Below are positions 1 through 9,604 of a stretch of 64,000 nucleotides of DNA, piece after piece. The notes beneath the pieces were generated by a model that worked only from the letters and a program-made list of their open reading frames with translations, was not told the origin of the DNA and made no database searches. Both the position numbers and the translations under genes were made by a program. Within the stretch, counting starts at the first letter, position 1. Each line of letters starts with the position of its first letter. The DNA comes from a bacterium. GTDB lineage: Bacteria; Omnitrophota; Gorgyraeia; Zapsychrales; Zapsychraceae. The stretch is from positions 68,372 to 132,371 of the forward strand of contig JAUIER010000007.1 of assembly GCA_030429765.1 (NCBI GenBank), read 5' to 3'.

Positions 1-321
1 GGCGACCGCATCCACCTGTCCCAGGCTCAATGTATCCGGCGTGACCGGAATGTTCACATACTGCATCCCCAACCCGGTTACGGCCTCGCGTTCCGCCGCT
101 GTTTCTTCAACGCGCCTCAAATCAATGACGGTGCGGAATCCCAAATTACGTGCCCGGGCCAAGTCCGCCTCACTCGGCGGTCCTCCTGAAATTACATCGG
201 CACGAAGCAGCACCGCGTTTTTCATGCTGAACTCACCGGGATCGACGCGCTGCGACAGCTGACTCCAGGCCAACCAGGCCGCGACGGCCATGATAACAGT
301 TAAAATTCCAACCTTCTTCAT
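1..321 (-). CDS. Partial (3' end outside window) secreted DSP/PTP-like phosphatase-domain protein (TIGR01244-like)
   Basis: Hand translation of minus strand from ATG at 321: MKKVGILTVIMAVAAWLAWSQLSQRVDPGEFSMKNAVLLRADVISGGPPSEADLARARNLGFRTVIDLRR... signal peptide plus phosphatase-like domain; no stop within window, so absent from ORF track. Confidence 0.35.
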   Translation of the reverse strand, partial: MKKVGILTVIMAVAAWLAWSQLSQRVDPGEFSMKNAVLLRADVISGGPPSEADLARARNLGFRTVIDLRRVEETAAEREAVTGLGMQYVNIPVTPDTLSLGQVDAVA

Positions 322-329
322 CTCATCCC

Positions 330-761
330 TCAACTATGATTGACTTGAATGTCATGCGGATAAGGATTGCCTGTCCCCGTCTCCAGCAAATCTTTTAAGC
401 TCAGTAGAAACACCGCCCACTTGGTGTTGCAGTGCGGTAAGAGACCGTCGACGTGATCCCATCCGGAATGCTCAAAATTAACAAAGGTCTGCTCGGGCTT
501 TTCTTTGAGCTCGAACTTGACAATCGTGTCTTCCCATTCGGGGTGAACCTCAACACATTTCCAGACCACGGTTGTCTCGGTCTGTTCCTTGACCTTGAGC
601 GTGATCTTGGCATTGTCAAAGTCAACGATCAGCGGCTCTCCAACCTCGGTCGATCCCGACGCAAAACTCCACCACTGACTAATCCCGTCAATTGTGGTTA
701 ACTTCTCCATAATTTGAGGAACTGTGGCACGGATTCCCACCTGATGATAGATCGAGTACAT
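330..761 (-). CDS. SRPBCC/AHSA1 (activator of Hsp90 ATPase-like) family protein
   Basis: 143 aa; N-terminal beta-strand/helix pattern and W-rich core typical of AHSA1/START fold. Confidence 0.55.
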   Translation of the reverse strand: MYSIYHQVGIRATVPQIMEKLTTIDGISQWWSFASGSTEVGEPLIVDFDNAKITLKVKEQTETTVVWKCVEVHPEWEDTIVKFELKEKPEQTFVNFEHSGWDHVDGLLPHCNTKWAVFLLSLKDLLETGTGNPYPHDIQVNHS

Positions 762-793
762 ACAGCCGTTCCCTCCTCTGTCTGTAAATACAT

Positions 794-1003
794 CTAGTCG
801 CTAAGGCTTGACTGGTTCGACACAAACATAATCAGTATCGATGCGATCAGGACAATCCCGACAATCTTGATTGTCTTCAAAGCCAATTCGCGGGCCTCAG
901 CCCCCTGGAAAATCTCCAGCACGTAACAGATACTGATACTGGCCAACACCAAGATCAGAAATGTCGTCGAGAAGCGAAAAATAATCTGAATTTGTCGGTT
1001 CAT
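794..1003 (-). CDS. Small two-TM membrane protein
   Basis: ORF 794..1084 trimmed to internal Met (MNRQIQIIFRFSTTFLILVLASISI...); two hydrophobic helices. Confidence 0.3.
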   Translation of the reverse strand: MNRQIQIIFRFSTTFLILVLASISICYVLEIFQGAEARELALKTIKIVGIVLIASILIMFVSNQSSLSD

Positions 1004-1028
1004 CCCTTGTTCTCCCGTTCTGGATACA

Positions 1029-1679
1029 TTAGTCAAACTTGAGCAAGGCATTGACCACATTTTGCGCGCCCTGGGCAATCTCAATGATGTTCGAATCCAA
1101 CATATAGCATGGTCCGGTCACGATTTTTTTGTCGCGGTCGACGATCACGTCCTCGGCCTGCGTGTTTTCCGGAATCGCGCCCATGGTTCTGAGCGCCGCG
1201 TTGACATCCACGTCCTGACCGACGGTCACCCGCACATGATCGAGTAGCTTTCCGAGCAATACAGGCGCGATGCATAGCGCCCCGATCGGCTTGCCGGCCT
1301 CATGCGTACTGACAACCGCGCGCTTGACTTCCGGATGCACATCGCATTCCGGTCCATCCACGCCGAAGGTGCACAAATTAAGCGCCGCGCCAAATCCGCC
1401 CGGCATCAATAATATGTCATAATCTTCCGCCCGGTAGTCGGCCAGGTCCAGACAATCCCCGCGCGCGATGCGGGCCGATTCTTCCAGCACATTTCTGGTC
1501 TCATCCTTTTCTTCACCCGTGAGGTGATTTTTTACGGCGTGCTGATTGACATTCGGCGCGAAGCATTGATATGTGCATCCAGCCCGTTTAATGGCCAGGA
1601 GCGACATGGTCGCCTCGTGAATCTCACTTCCGTCCTGATATCCGCATCCGGATAACAACACTGCAAATTTTTTTGCCAT
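1029..1679 (-). CDS. elbB: Isoprenoid biosynthesis glyoxalase ElbB (DJ-1/PfpI superfamily)
   Basis: MAKKFAVLLSGCGYQDGSEIHEA...CFAPN...HLTGEE...PGGFGAA...CIAP closely follows E. coli ElbB. Confidence 0.8.
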   Translation of the reverse strand: MAKKFAVLLSGCGYQDGSEIHEATMSLLAIKRAGCTYQCFAPNVNQHAVKNHLTGEEKDETRNVLEESARIARGDCLDLADYRAEDYDILLMPGGFGAALNLCTFGVDGPECDVHPEVKRAVVSTHEAGKPIGALCIAPVLLGKLLDHVRVTVGQDVDVNAALRTMGAIPENTQAEDVIVDRDKKIVTGPCYMLDSNIIEIAQGAQNVVNALLKFD

Positions 1680-1708
1680 GGAATACCTCGCTATGTTGAC
1701 GCTTGAGA

Positions 1709-2098
1709 CTATCCGTCTGAAGCGATGACTTCAATTTCGACTAAACTGCCCAACGGCAATTTGGAGACTTCGACTGTTGATCGGGCCGGCGCGATCTCGG
1801 CCTTAAAATGTTCGGCGTAAATCGCGTTCATGGCGGCAAAATCCCCTAGATCGGTCAGAAAAACCGTCGTCTTCACCACGTGATCCAGCGTTAAACCGGC
1901 TTCGGCCAAAACGGCCTTGATATTGGCAAAGACCTGCCGCGTTTGATCTGCCACACCGCCTTCCACCATATTTCCGTCCGGGGTCAGCGGAATTTGACCG
2001 GCCAAATAAACAAAACCACCTTGCCGCACAGCCTGACTGTAGGGGCCGACGGGTTGTGGCGCTGATTGTGTAAGTATGATTTGCTTGGACATAATCAT
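1709..2098 (-). CDS. ridA: RidA family reactive-intermediate (enamine/imine) deaminase
   Basis: QSAPQPVGPYSQAV...VFLTDLGDFAAMNAIY...EIEVIA, classical YjgF/RidA motifs. Confidence 0.85.
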   Translation of the reverse strand: MIMSKQIILTQSAPQPVGPYSQAVRQGGFVYLAGQIPLTPDGNMVEGGVADQTRQVFANIKAVLAEAGLTLDHVVKTTVFLTDLGDFAAMNAIYAEHFKAEIAPARSTVEVSKLPLGSLVEIEVIASDG

Positions 2099-2189
2099 TT
2101 CCTCTATGAATTACGGATGGTCCGGCGCTGCGGCACAGACCGGTATTGATCGGCTAATTCAGATATTCTAACACAAAATGCGATTTTGG

Positions 2190-2726
2190 TTATGATTTTT
2201 GAGGGATTGTTTTGACAATTCGCGGCCAATGGATACGAAACAGCCACTGAAAGGAATGACGGCTGACAAAGAGTATCACCAAAACGGCAAACGACAGCCA
2301 GATCAGATCGGATAATTGAAATTGATCTTTGGCACTGTCAATGAAGGAGATGAAGGCCCCGGCCGAAACAGCGGCCAGCTCAACCGACATCTTGTGACTG
2401 TATTCCTGCTGAAAGAACATCTTCAGATTTCCAAAAAACAGGATGTAGCGTACCACCAGAAAACCGATGAGTACGGCCAGAACCGCGACGAGCTGATGAC
2501 TGCGCCGAACCCCGCCTACCGCCAGCCAACGGATGACCAGCGCGCTGATCAGCCCCATCATCACGACAGGCCACATCTGTGCGTGCTGCTGATGAACGGC
2601 GTACATGCCCCACAGGGATCCGAAACCTACAGTCCCGACGACCGCCGTGACAAACGCCGGCCCGATCGTGTCGACCGGTCCATGTTCAACTGGTGCAATT
2701 CGGGATTTTTCGAGTAGCTTCGGCAT
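2190..2726 (-). CDS. Hypothetical polytopic membrane protein
   Basis: 178 aa, about 5 hydrophobic helices; no recognisable motif. Confidence 0.4.
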   Translation of the reverse strand: MPKLLEKSRIAPVEHGPVDTIGPAFVTAVVGTVGFGSLWGMYAVHQQHAQMWPVVMMGLISALVIRWLAVGGVRRSHQLVAVLAVLIGFLVVRYILFFGNLKMFFQQEYSHKMSVELAAVSAGAFISFIDSAKDQFQLSDLIWLSFAVLVILFVSRHSFQWLFRIHWPRIVKTIPQKS

Positions 2727-2856
2727 AAGAATTATTCCTATGCCTCATGCTAGACCGATCGATCAATCGATGGAATGGTTTGATCCCGACAAAAACTAAC
2801 CTGAAGGATTCAAATGATGGCGTTTACTAGCTTTTTAAAACCTTGGCCTGACTTTT

Positions 2857-3282
2857 TTATTCGTCCCAGGCCGTGGTATCATACGATGTGTCAGCCGGCG
2901 CCGACGCCATTTCCGGTGATCCCGCGCCCTGAGAGCCCATCGATCCACCTCCGCCTTCACCGCGTTTGGGAAGAAAGTGAACATTATTCGCCACAATCCG
3001 TACCCGGCTTTGCGTCTTTCCGTCACGCTCCCATCGATCCTGTTTGAGCCGCCCCTCAACGATAATCCCGCTGCCGCGTGATAAATACTTCGAACAATTT
3101 TCCGCGACGACTCCCCAGACTTCGACATCAAAGTATGAAACTTCTGAAATCTTCTCGCCGTTCTTGGAATACACGCGGTTGTTGGCGATTGATAGATTAC
3201 ACACCGGCCGTCCCGACGAGGTGTATTTCATTTCCGGATCACGCGTTAAATTCCCCATAATACTCACTGTGTTTAAACTCAT
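2857..3282 (-). CDS. ssb: Single-stranded DNA-binding protein
   Basis: Start at internal Met (MSLNTVSIMGNLTRDPE...); OB-fold SSB core, Gly-rich linker GEGGGGSMGSQGAG; C-terminus ends AWDE rather than canonical D-I/L-P-F. Confidence 0.7.
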   Translation of the reverse strand: MSLNTVSIMGNLTRDPEMKYTSSGRPVCNLSIANNRVYSKNGEKISEVSYFDVEVWGVVAENCSKYLSRGSGIIVEGRLKQDRWERDGKTQSRVRIVANNVHFLPKRGEGGGGSMGSQGAGSPEMASAPADTSYDTTAWDE

Positions 3283-3914
3283 ACAGACCTCTCCTTTTGG
3301 ATGGATGATGTTTTGATGGATACGATATCTGAAACAAAGAGCAACACCATGCCCATGATTTGCGCTAAAAGACACATCATAAATCGGTCCTGCCGTTGGT
3401 TGACCAGACCGATGATCTTTGCACGCAGCTGCTGTTCCTCAATCACCGATTGCGATTGCAGCTGCTGATATTTAATTTCGTATTTTTTATGGTTCGCCCG
3501 CACGGGTGTGTATTGGTTGACCGAGCGAAAATTCTGGCTGAAGTCCTGACAGAATTTTTCATTGCCTGATCCGGCCTCTATGCCGCAGACCAGATTGACG
3601 AGGCTCAGCTTATAAGCATTGAGGATGGCCGTCTCCAGCGGATGATTGAATTTCTCGACGGGTGAACGGTATGTCCGTCGTAAAAATTCCAGATGGTCCT
3701 GCAGATCGGCCCATCGTGTGTGCTGCAGCCTGACATCCGCGGACAGTTCACGCAGAAATGTCCGCTGTCTGTGCTGCTCATCAAGGTCAAACCTCAACTG
3801 ATGGATACGCGTGTCCGTCTGATGACCCGACATCACAAGAACGGCCGCGCCGCCCACCAGACACAAATAGGCAAATGAACGGATCAAAATAAAAAGCGGT
3901 CGCGAATTACTCAT
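3279..3914 (-). CDS. Hypothetical membrane-anchored protein
   Basis: N-terminal TM, charged helical remainder; stop overlaps ssb start by ATGA. Confidence 0.35.
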   Translation of the reverse strand: MSNSRPLFILIRSFAYLCLVGGAAVLVMSGHQTDTRIHQLRFDLDEQHRQRTFLRELSADVRLQHTRWADLQDHLEFLRRTYRSPVEKFNHPLETAILNAYKLSLVNLVCGIEAGSGNEKFCQDFSQNFRSVNQYTPVRANHKKYEIKYQQLQSQSVIEEQQLRAKIIGLVNQRQDRFMMCLLAQIMGMVLLFVSDIVSIKTSSIQKERSV

Positions 3915-4857
3915 TCACCTCTCCGGCGACAACTTCCTCGGGCGTTTCCACCGGCTCGCGTGTCAGGCTTTTATAGATAATCGTGATCCATTTGTCGGTA
4001 TTGAGAAATCCCTTCCCCCACCGTTCGACGATCTCCGGATCCAACCCATCTTCCTGAGCCTCTTCCAACGATTTACCGTCTGCAACCGCCTCGGCAACCG
4101 TCTCACGTGAAAGTTTGAGCATCTCATGAAAGTCGGCCAGGTCTTGCCACTCGGCTAACGGCCCGTGGCCGGGAATAATCTTGGCGTCGGGATCGACGAG
4201 CGTCATCAGTTCCGCGACATTGGCGATGTACGCGTCGACATCACCGCCGGATTCCAGATCGATAAACGGATACATCCCGTTAAAGAACAAATCGCCTAAA
4301 TGGACCACATTCTCTTCCACAAAGAAGATCACGCTGTCGCCATCCGTGTGGCCGCCCGGAAAATGGAAAACCATCAGTTCATCACCGTTAAAGTGCACGG
4401 ACACCGATTCTTCATACGTAATGACCGGTAACGCGACCGCCGGACTGGGCTCCACGACCCGGTCAAAAAATTTCATTTCCTGACCGGCTGCCATACGTAG
4501 CCGGACATTATCATGCGCGATAATCGTCGCCTTGGCGCCGAAGTGCTCGTTGCCGCCCGTATGGTCCCCGTGCCAATGCGTGTTCAGGACATACCGGATG
4601 CGGTCCGATCCCAATTCAGCAATCGCCGCCTCAATCTTTTCAGATAACGGCGCGAACTGATCATCGATCATCAACACACCGTCCGCCCCCACGGACAATC
4701 CGATATTTCCTCCCGATCCGGTCAGCATATAGACCGACTTGGATAATTTCTGGACCTTGATCTCAACATCGGCGTGATCGGGTTCCGCCTGCACGGACGC
4801 AGCCAGACTGACGCACAAGGTTAAGATCCAAAGACATACAAATTTACGCATGATCAT
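3907..4857 (-). CDS. Secreted MBL-fold metallo-hydrolase
   Basis: Signal peptide; HWHGDHTGG (HxHxDH) zinc motif; GHG and later His/Asp ligands. Confidence 0.75.
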   Translation of the reverse strand: MIMRKFVCLWILTLCVSLAASVQAEPDHADVEIKVQKLSKSVYMLTGSGGNIGLSVGADGVLMIDDQFAPLSEKIEAAIAELGSDRIRYVLNTHWHGDHTGGNEHFGAKATIIAHDNVRLRMAAGQEMKFFDRVVEPSPAVALPVITYEESVSVHFNGDELMVFHFPGGHTDGDSVIFFVEENVVHLGDLFFNGMYPFIDLESGGDVDAYIANVAELMTLVDPDAKIIPGHGPLAEWQDLADFHEMLKLSRETVAEAVADGKSLEEAQEDGLDPEIVERWGKGFLNTDKWITIIYKSLTREPVETPEEVVAGEVNE

Positions 4858-4959
4858 CTCCTGTTAATGGTGGGCATTAAAGGAGCATTATAGCAAACCC
4901 GTCTGCAATTGGGGATAAATTTTGACGGATCCATGCACGGAAGTATGCCTAAATTTTGT

Positions 4960-5160
4960 TCATCGTGTTGGGACAGACTTTATTTGTAACTGTAATCGAC
5001 GGATCGTCTTTCGTTGTCGGTTCAGCATCACGATCAGCGCAATGGTTGCCGCCGGCCACAGCCAGCAAAAGATAATCACATTGATCTGCTTGTAAGTCAG
5101 ACCGGTCCAGTCCGCGATGTCATATAAAAGGGTGACGGCGATATCGAATGTCAGGTCCAT
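4960..5160 (-). CDS. Small membrane protein
   Basis: 66 aa, two hydrophobic helices. Confidence 0.25.
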   Translation of the reverse strand: MDLTFDIAVTLLYDIADWTGLTYKQINVIIFCWLWPAATIALIVMLNRQRKTIRRLQLQIKSVPTR

Positions 5161-5172
5161 TGCTCCTCCTGG

Positions 5173-5982
5173 TTAACGATTAAGATGCCTCACCTGCGAT
5201 CTAAGGCCTTTCAACTGCTCCGTCTCCATTAAAAAATGCCGGATACGCCGATACATCTCAAGCGAAATCCGCGTTTGCGCAATGGTTAAGATACAACGCC
5301 GCCGCCGATACCGGATCGCGTCCAGCACGTGCAGCCAGACCTCAGTCTCTGTGTATTGGTGTTGGATGACCTCAAGAATTATGTTCCAGCGTTCCGGCGG
5401 GATCAACGATAACACTGAAAACACAAAGGTCTTGAGATCATCCGCATGACGGATCACCGATGGACAGCGCGCGTCATGACATGTCTCAAAGTCAATCCAC
5501 TGGCCCGAGCGCGTTGTGTCGTCACAGATCACATTAAAAGTCGTGGCATCGGCATGACTGAGAAAGCGCGCGCGTTCATCAAACGGCAGCACGGTCAGAT
5601 GCAGACGGATCAGGGCCTCGACGGACGCGGTGATCGCGCTGACTTGGCGGGCTTCAGAACAGGCGGGATCCGTCAGGATCGCGTGAAGCGTCCGGCCGGA
5701 CCGCTCGGGGATATAGACGCGATGCCCATCCACAAAGACATCGTCGTTGTAAAGCAGTCGGTACATATCGCGCTCCCGATGCTCCCAGGCCGACCGATGC
5801 AGAAAACGTGTCCGCACACCGAACAGCTTGAACAAACCGTTGGCCGTGGCAATCATCAGAGCGCTATGCCAGCGACGCGACTTTCGGATAAATGGTTTTT
5901 TACAGTAAGTGATGGATTCGGTATGATTGATCCGGACCCGCATCATCGCGCGGGTCAGCATAGACAACGCGGCATAGATCAT
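5173..5982 (-). CDS. Protein-kinase-like / lipopolysaccharide-kinase (Kdo/WaaP-like) family protein
   Basis: Start set to internal Met giving ATGA overlap with upstream stop; SHADATTFNVICDD resembles a kinase catalytic loop. Confidence 0.35.
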   Translation of the reverse strand: MIYAALSMLTRAMMRVRINHTESITYCKKPFIRKSRRWHSALMIATANGLFKLFGVRTRFLHRSAWEHRERDMYRLLYNDDVFVDGHRVYIPERSGRTLHAILTDPACSEARQVSAITASVEALIRLHLTVLPFDERARFLSHADATTFNVICDDTTRSGQWIDFETCHDARCPSVIRHADDLKTFVFSVLSLIPPERWNIILEVIQHQYTETEVWLHVLDAIRYRRRRCILTIAQTRISLEMYRRIRHFLMETEQLKGLRSQVRHLNR

Positions 5983-6761
5983 CGGGTCACCTTCCAGTAA
6001 GACGGTCGCATCTTGAGCATGGCGCTGTTCAAACGACTCCGACACGCCCGTCGATAATCGCCATACGTTTGTCCGGCGGCTTGAAAGACCGGCCGATGAC
6101 CAAACCATACCACCCGTGACGTGACATCAAAAAACACCCGATAGATCACTTCGGTCATCCAGCTCATGACCCCGGGACGACGCTTACGCAAAATCGCCAG
6201 CCGCTGCGCCTGAAAGCTCACATGATCATCCTCATCGTCGATGATCTGATCACACAAAGCGATGAGAATTTTAGAGTTCGTTGCCTCACGCAACGCCGGG
6301 TAATATACCTGGGCGATAATCTCCGCCGCCACCAGAATCGACACGGACATCTCCAGATTCGCCAAATGCCTCAACCATCGAAAAACCGAATCAGTCGGTA
6401 TCTTTTTGATAATCGCGATTCCGTTTAATTGCATAAAGCGACCCAGGTCCCGGGCGTGCCGCTGTTCCTCTTTGATAAATAATTTGATCGCATCGTAATA
6501 AGGAAGATCATTGGTGGATTCGGCATGCTCCCGCGCACAACGGGCCAGGTGTTTACCCTCCGATCGTTCACCGAGCTGAAAGATTTGAACGGACGCCTGT
6601 ATCGCCCGGCGCTCGGATTCGGTAAGCTCCGCCCCGGCGCCCCAGGGAATCTGGCGTAAATTGTCATTATTTTCCTGAAAATATTCCAGCCACTGATTGG
6701 AATCCCGATCCTGCACCTGTGTGTGTTCATTGAGTAACATAATCCCTCCCCGTTGGGACAC
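5979..6761 (-). CDS. Ferritin-like diiron-domain protein
   Basis: Two E...ExxH motifs (KEEQRHARDL and DDEDDHVSF) spaced as in a four-helix diiron bundle. Confidence 0.4.
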   Translation of the reverse strand: MSQRGGIMLLNEHTQVQDRDSNQWLEYFQENNDNLRQIPWGAGAELTESERRAIQASVQIFQLGERSEGKHLARCAREHAESTNDLPYYDAIKLFIKEEQRHARDLGRFMQLNGIAIIKKIPTDSVFRWLRHLANLEMSVSILVAAEIIAQVYYPALREATNSKILIALCDQIIDDEDDHVSFQAQRLAILRKRRPGVMSWMTEVIYRVFFDVTSRVVWFGHRPVFQAAGQTYGDYRRACRSRLNSAMLKMRPSYWKVTR

Positions 6762-6833
6762 CTACGACGGCGTCCATTTTATACAATTATTTCTGTCATG
6801 ACTGAAATTTTGATCCAAAAAAATATAGGGTCC

Positions 6834-7382
6834 CTAGCCCTTTGATTTTCCTAAAATTTGACTGACTTTTCCCGCCATCTTGACATACTTCTTGATCGTC
6901 TCCACCGGCATGTTCTCGACCTTGGCGTACCAGCCGGTTGTCGTGTCAAAAAAGCCGATCATCTCGTTCATCTTGGTTTGGGCATAGGCGTCCTGCTTTT
7001 TGCGCTTGAGCTCGTCGTGGGCATGGGTCAGGGTCTCAATCATCGGATCGATCTCCCGTCGTTTCTGCTCATGCACCACGATCTGAAAGACCTCCCACAC
7101 GTCTTTGACACATTCAAAGTGCTTTTTCCGCTCGCCCGGCACCGAGATCACCCGAACAATCCCCCAGCTCTGCAGCTCTTTGAGGCTGCCGCTGACATTG
7201 GAACGGGCCACCTTTAGGGCGACGGTGATATCATCCGCCGTGAGCGGCCGCTCAGTCAGAAACAGCAGGGTGTAGATCTGCGCCTCGGTACGGTTCAATC
7301 CCCAATGCGACAACTTCTCCCCCCAATTCAGGATAAACGCCTCGAGCTCTGGACTTAACATTACTTCATTTTTTTCAGTCAT
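6834..7382 (-). CDS. GbsR/MarR-type winged-helix transcriptional regulator
   Basis: N-terminal HTH region LSPELEAFILNWGEKLSHWGLNRTEAQIYTLLFL...SNVSGSLKELQSWGIV typical of the GbsR family. Confidence 0.6.
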   Translation of the reverse strand: MTEKNEVMLSPELEAFILNWGEKLSHWGLNRTEAQIYTLLFLTERPLTADDITVALKVARSNVSGSLKELQSWGIVRVISVPGERKKHFECVKDVWEVFQIVVHEQKRREIDPMIETLTHAHDELKRKKQDAYAQTKMNEMIGFFDTTTGWYAKVENMPVETIKKYVKMAGKVSQILGKSKG

Positions 7383-7400
7383 GACAGAATTATATGTAAT

Positions 7401-7670
7401 TTATAGGGAATTGTCAACCTCAATCTGCTCACCCGAAGGACGCTCATAATATTCCATAGCTCTATCCAATTCTTTGGACACAGAACTTAAAACTGGAACA
7501 ACCAAAACCACTGAGACTAATAGTAATGATCTTTTGACGCCTTTGCGAAGCGGATACAAAGCCTGCGCGATGGCGACAAATATTACACTAAATGTAACCG
7601 CTGCTGAAGCATATCCCAAGGCGTAGGCGGTCGATTCTCCTTCATATCTCCCTTCCGCAAGCTTCATCCC
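7401..7670 (-). CDS. Small membrane protein (start trimmed)
   Basis: ORF 7401..7937 has an Arg-rich, out-of-character N-extension; likely real start MKLAEGRYEGEST... with two TM helices. Confidence 0.3.
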   Translation of the reverse strand, partial: GMKLAEGRYEGESTAYALGYASAAVTFSVIFVAIAQALYPLRKGVKRSLLLVSVVLVVPVLSSVSKELDRAMEYYERPSGEQIEVDNSL

Positions 7671-7747
7671 AAAATTGGCAATTACACATACAACACAAAA
7701 AATTATTTGAAAAACTATAAATGCTTTGTTGAGAAAGTTTTTCACCT

Positions 7748-8011
7748 TTACCAAACCCGCATCAACATGACATTGATCACCGCCCAGACCATCACGCTCA
7801 CCAGCATCGCGCTTTGCAGCGAGCGACTTTTGAATAAGTACATGGAGCAGCAAAACAAGGTGAACGGACAAATCACAAAGCACAGAATATGCTCGATGCC
7901 GGGATAGCCGTCGGAAGGCGTCAGCGGCGACAACCACCCCATCGCGTTAAACACCAGCGCCGCCAGCGCGTATCCGAATCCAAACAAATTGCGCACAAAA
8001 GATGATGACAT
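7748..8011 (-). CDS. Small membrane protein
   Basis: 87 aa hydrophobic; overlaps N-terminal extension of the next ORF in another frame. Confidence 0.3.
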   Translation of the reverse strand: MSSSFVRNLFGFGYALAALVFNAMGWLSPLTPSDGYPGIEHILCFVICPFTLFCCSMYLFKSRSLQSAMLVSVMVWAVINVMLMRVW

Positions 8012-8187
8012 GAAAACTCGCTTTTTTTAGTTGGTACCCACCGTTATATTACAAAAACTGGCCACTCCTTGAGCATGACTTCGCTTAATCCATAAATAGA
8101 TCTTCCATCAAAAAAGCCAACTCAACACTTCTCCATTACCAACATGACTTTATTTTTCCAGTGCTCTTCGAGAGATCGGAACGCGGG

Positions 8188-9486
8188 TCACTTATTGTTT
8201 ACAGATTCCGTCTCTATGCTCAACCAACTCCACTTTCTTGGAAACTTTCCCTGACTACGGTCAAACTTGATAGGCACTCTAAGCGAAACAGCTTGCGGCG
8301 TCTTATCTTCGAAAGGTCTAAACCTAAACAACTGGATCTCACTCGAAGAATCACTTTCGTTACTTGCAAGCGGCACGATTGGTATAATTATACTGTCATC
8401 TGACAAAAAGCTTCCCTGAGTACAGTGCACGGAATAGTCTTTTGCCGGAGTATACCGAAGAACCCGCTGATTTGATACCTCATAGAATGTCAATCGCGTT
8501 TGAAGATCTTTTGACCACCCCTTATAGCTTATCCTTTCGGGCTGACAACTAACCAACCGATCTCCATCTTTTGACCATTGCACCCCCGAATGTCGAACGT
8601 ATTCACTAAACAGATTCGTTAACTCTTTACCGTTCAGAGCGACAATGCTAAATTGATCCACTTCGCTCACGGCGAGGTTTTTTGCGTTCGGTGAGAGCGA
8701 TAGTTCAGAGAAATCATCAAATGGAAGACTGTCACATCCTGTAGTATCACAAATCAAAGGACTGCGTCCGTCATTCTCAAAGTTGATTATAAATGTTTTG
8801 CTGTGGGCGATAAAGTCAAAGTCCTCCACGTTCAGCGTAATATCGACAATCTTCTGAGCTTCCCCCCTGGATACTTTCATCTCACGTTTAGGAGGAAAAA
8901 GTTCGTCTGTAGATAAAACCTGTAAAACATCAACGAATACATCCTCTTGCCTATCATAATACGCCAGGCGAAAAAAATTTGTCTTTTTATCTTTGAGAAA
9001 CAGACCAATATACCGAGGGTTAACCCTATAAGCCTCGAGCTCTATATCAGTCAACTCAATCCCAATCCGCATTTTTCTAAGGCTTGAGTCGCTCAAATTA
9101 ACCACGTAAAGTCCATCTGGTCTTTGTTCGATGAGGGTGTCGTCATCTAAAAAGTCTAATCTGTCAAAACGTTCACAGGAAAGAATTTGCTTCAAATCAC
9201 CCGTTGTCCGATCCAGCAGAAATAATCCGTAGTCTTGGTAGCCCCCGCTTGCCTCGTCGTATCGGCGGGCGCCTAATAAGAACCATTTGTGGGAAGGACT
9301 TATTTTGATCTCATCAATAAATAGATCATTATGTGTCAGCGAGCTGGTCTCTAAAGTATGTATATCCGTCTGCCGCAGAGGGGATCCCCACGCCATGTGG
9401 GTAAGGACAGCTTCTACGGGAGGCTTGCGATCCTCAGCCTGTGCGGATTGAAACCCACCGGCACAGTCAACCAGAACTAAAACCAT
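8188..9486 (-). CDS. Secreted hypothetical protein, beta-propeller (TolB/WD40-like)
   Basis: Start set at MVLVLVDCAGGFQSAQAEDRK (signal peptide); repeated beta-rich segments; lower GC than surroundings. Confidence 0.35.
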   Translation of the reverse strand: MVLVLVDCAGGFQSAQAEDRKPPVEAVLTHMAWGSPLRQTDIHTLETSSLTHNDLFIDEIKISPSHKWFLLGARRYDEASGGYQDYGLFLLDRTTGDLKQILSCERFDRLDFLDDDTLIEQRPDGLYVVNLSDSSLRKMRIGIELTDIELEAYRVNPRYIGLFLKDKKTNFFRLAYYDRQEDVFVDVLQVLSTDELFPPKREMKVSRGEAQKIVDITLNVEDFDFIAHSKTFIINFENDGRSPLICDTTGCDSLPFDDFSELSLSPNAKNLAVSEVDQFSIVALNGKELTNLFSEYVRHSGVQWSKDGDRLVSCQPERISYKGWSKDLQTRLTFYEVSNQRVLRYTPAKDYSVHCTQGSFLSDDSIIIPIVPLASNESDSSSEIQLFRFRPFEDKTPQAVSLRVPIKFDRSQGKFPRKWSWLSIETESVNNK

Positions 9487-9604
9487 GACTAAAATACCCC
9501 AAAGGGGACAGTCCCCGAAAAGGGACAGGCCTTTCGTCGCTATGGTTGAATTATGCGTTAATCTTATGTGTCTCAATGGTTTAGGGAGTTCTGACACCAA
9601 TTTT

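Noticed and set aside
41-262. Plus-strand 73-aa ORF at window start
   Set aside because: Antisense to a better minus-strand gene (partial phosphatase-like CDS) with signal peptide and domain features.
2845-2871. Hairpin GGCCTG...CAGGCC spanning the ssb stop codon
   Set aside because: T-tract lies in the loop and on the wrong strand for ssb termination; weak.
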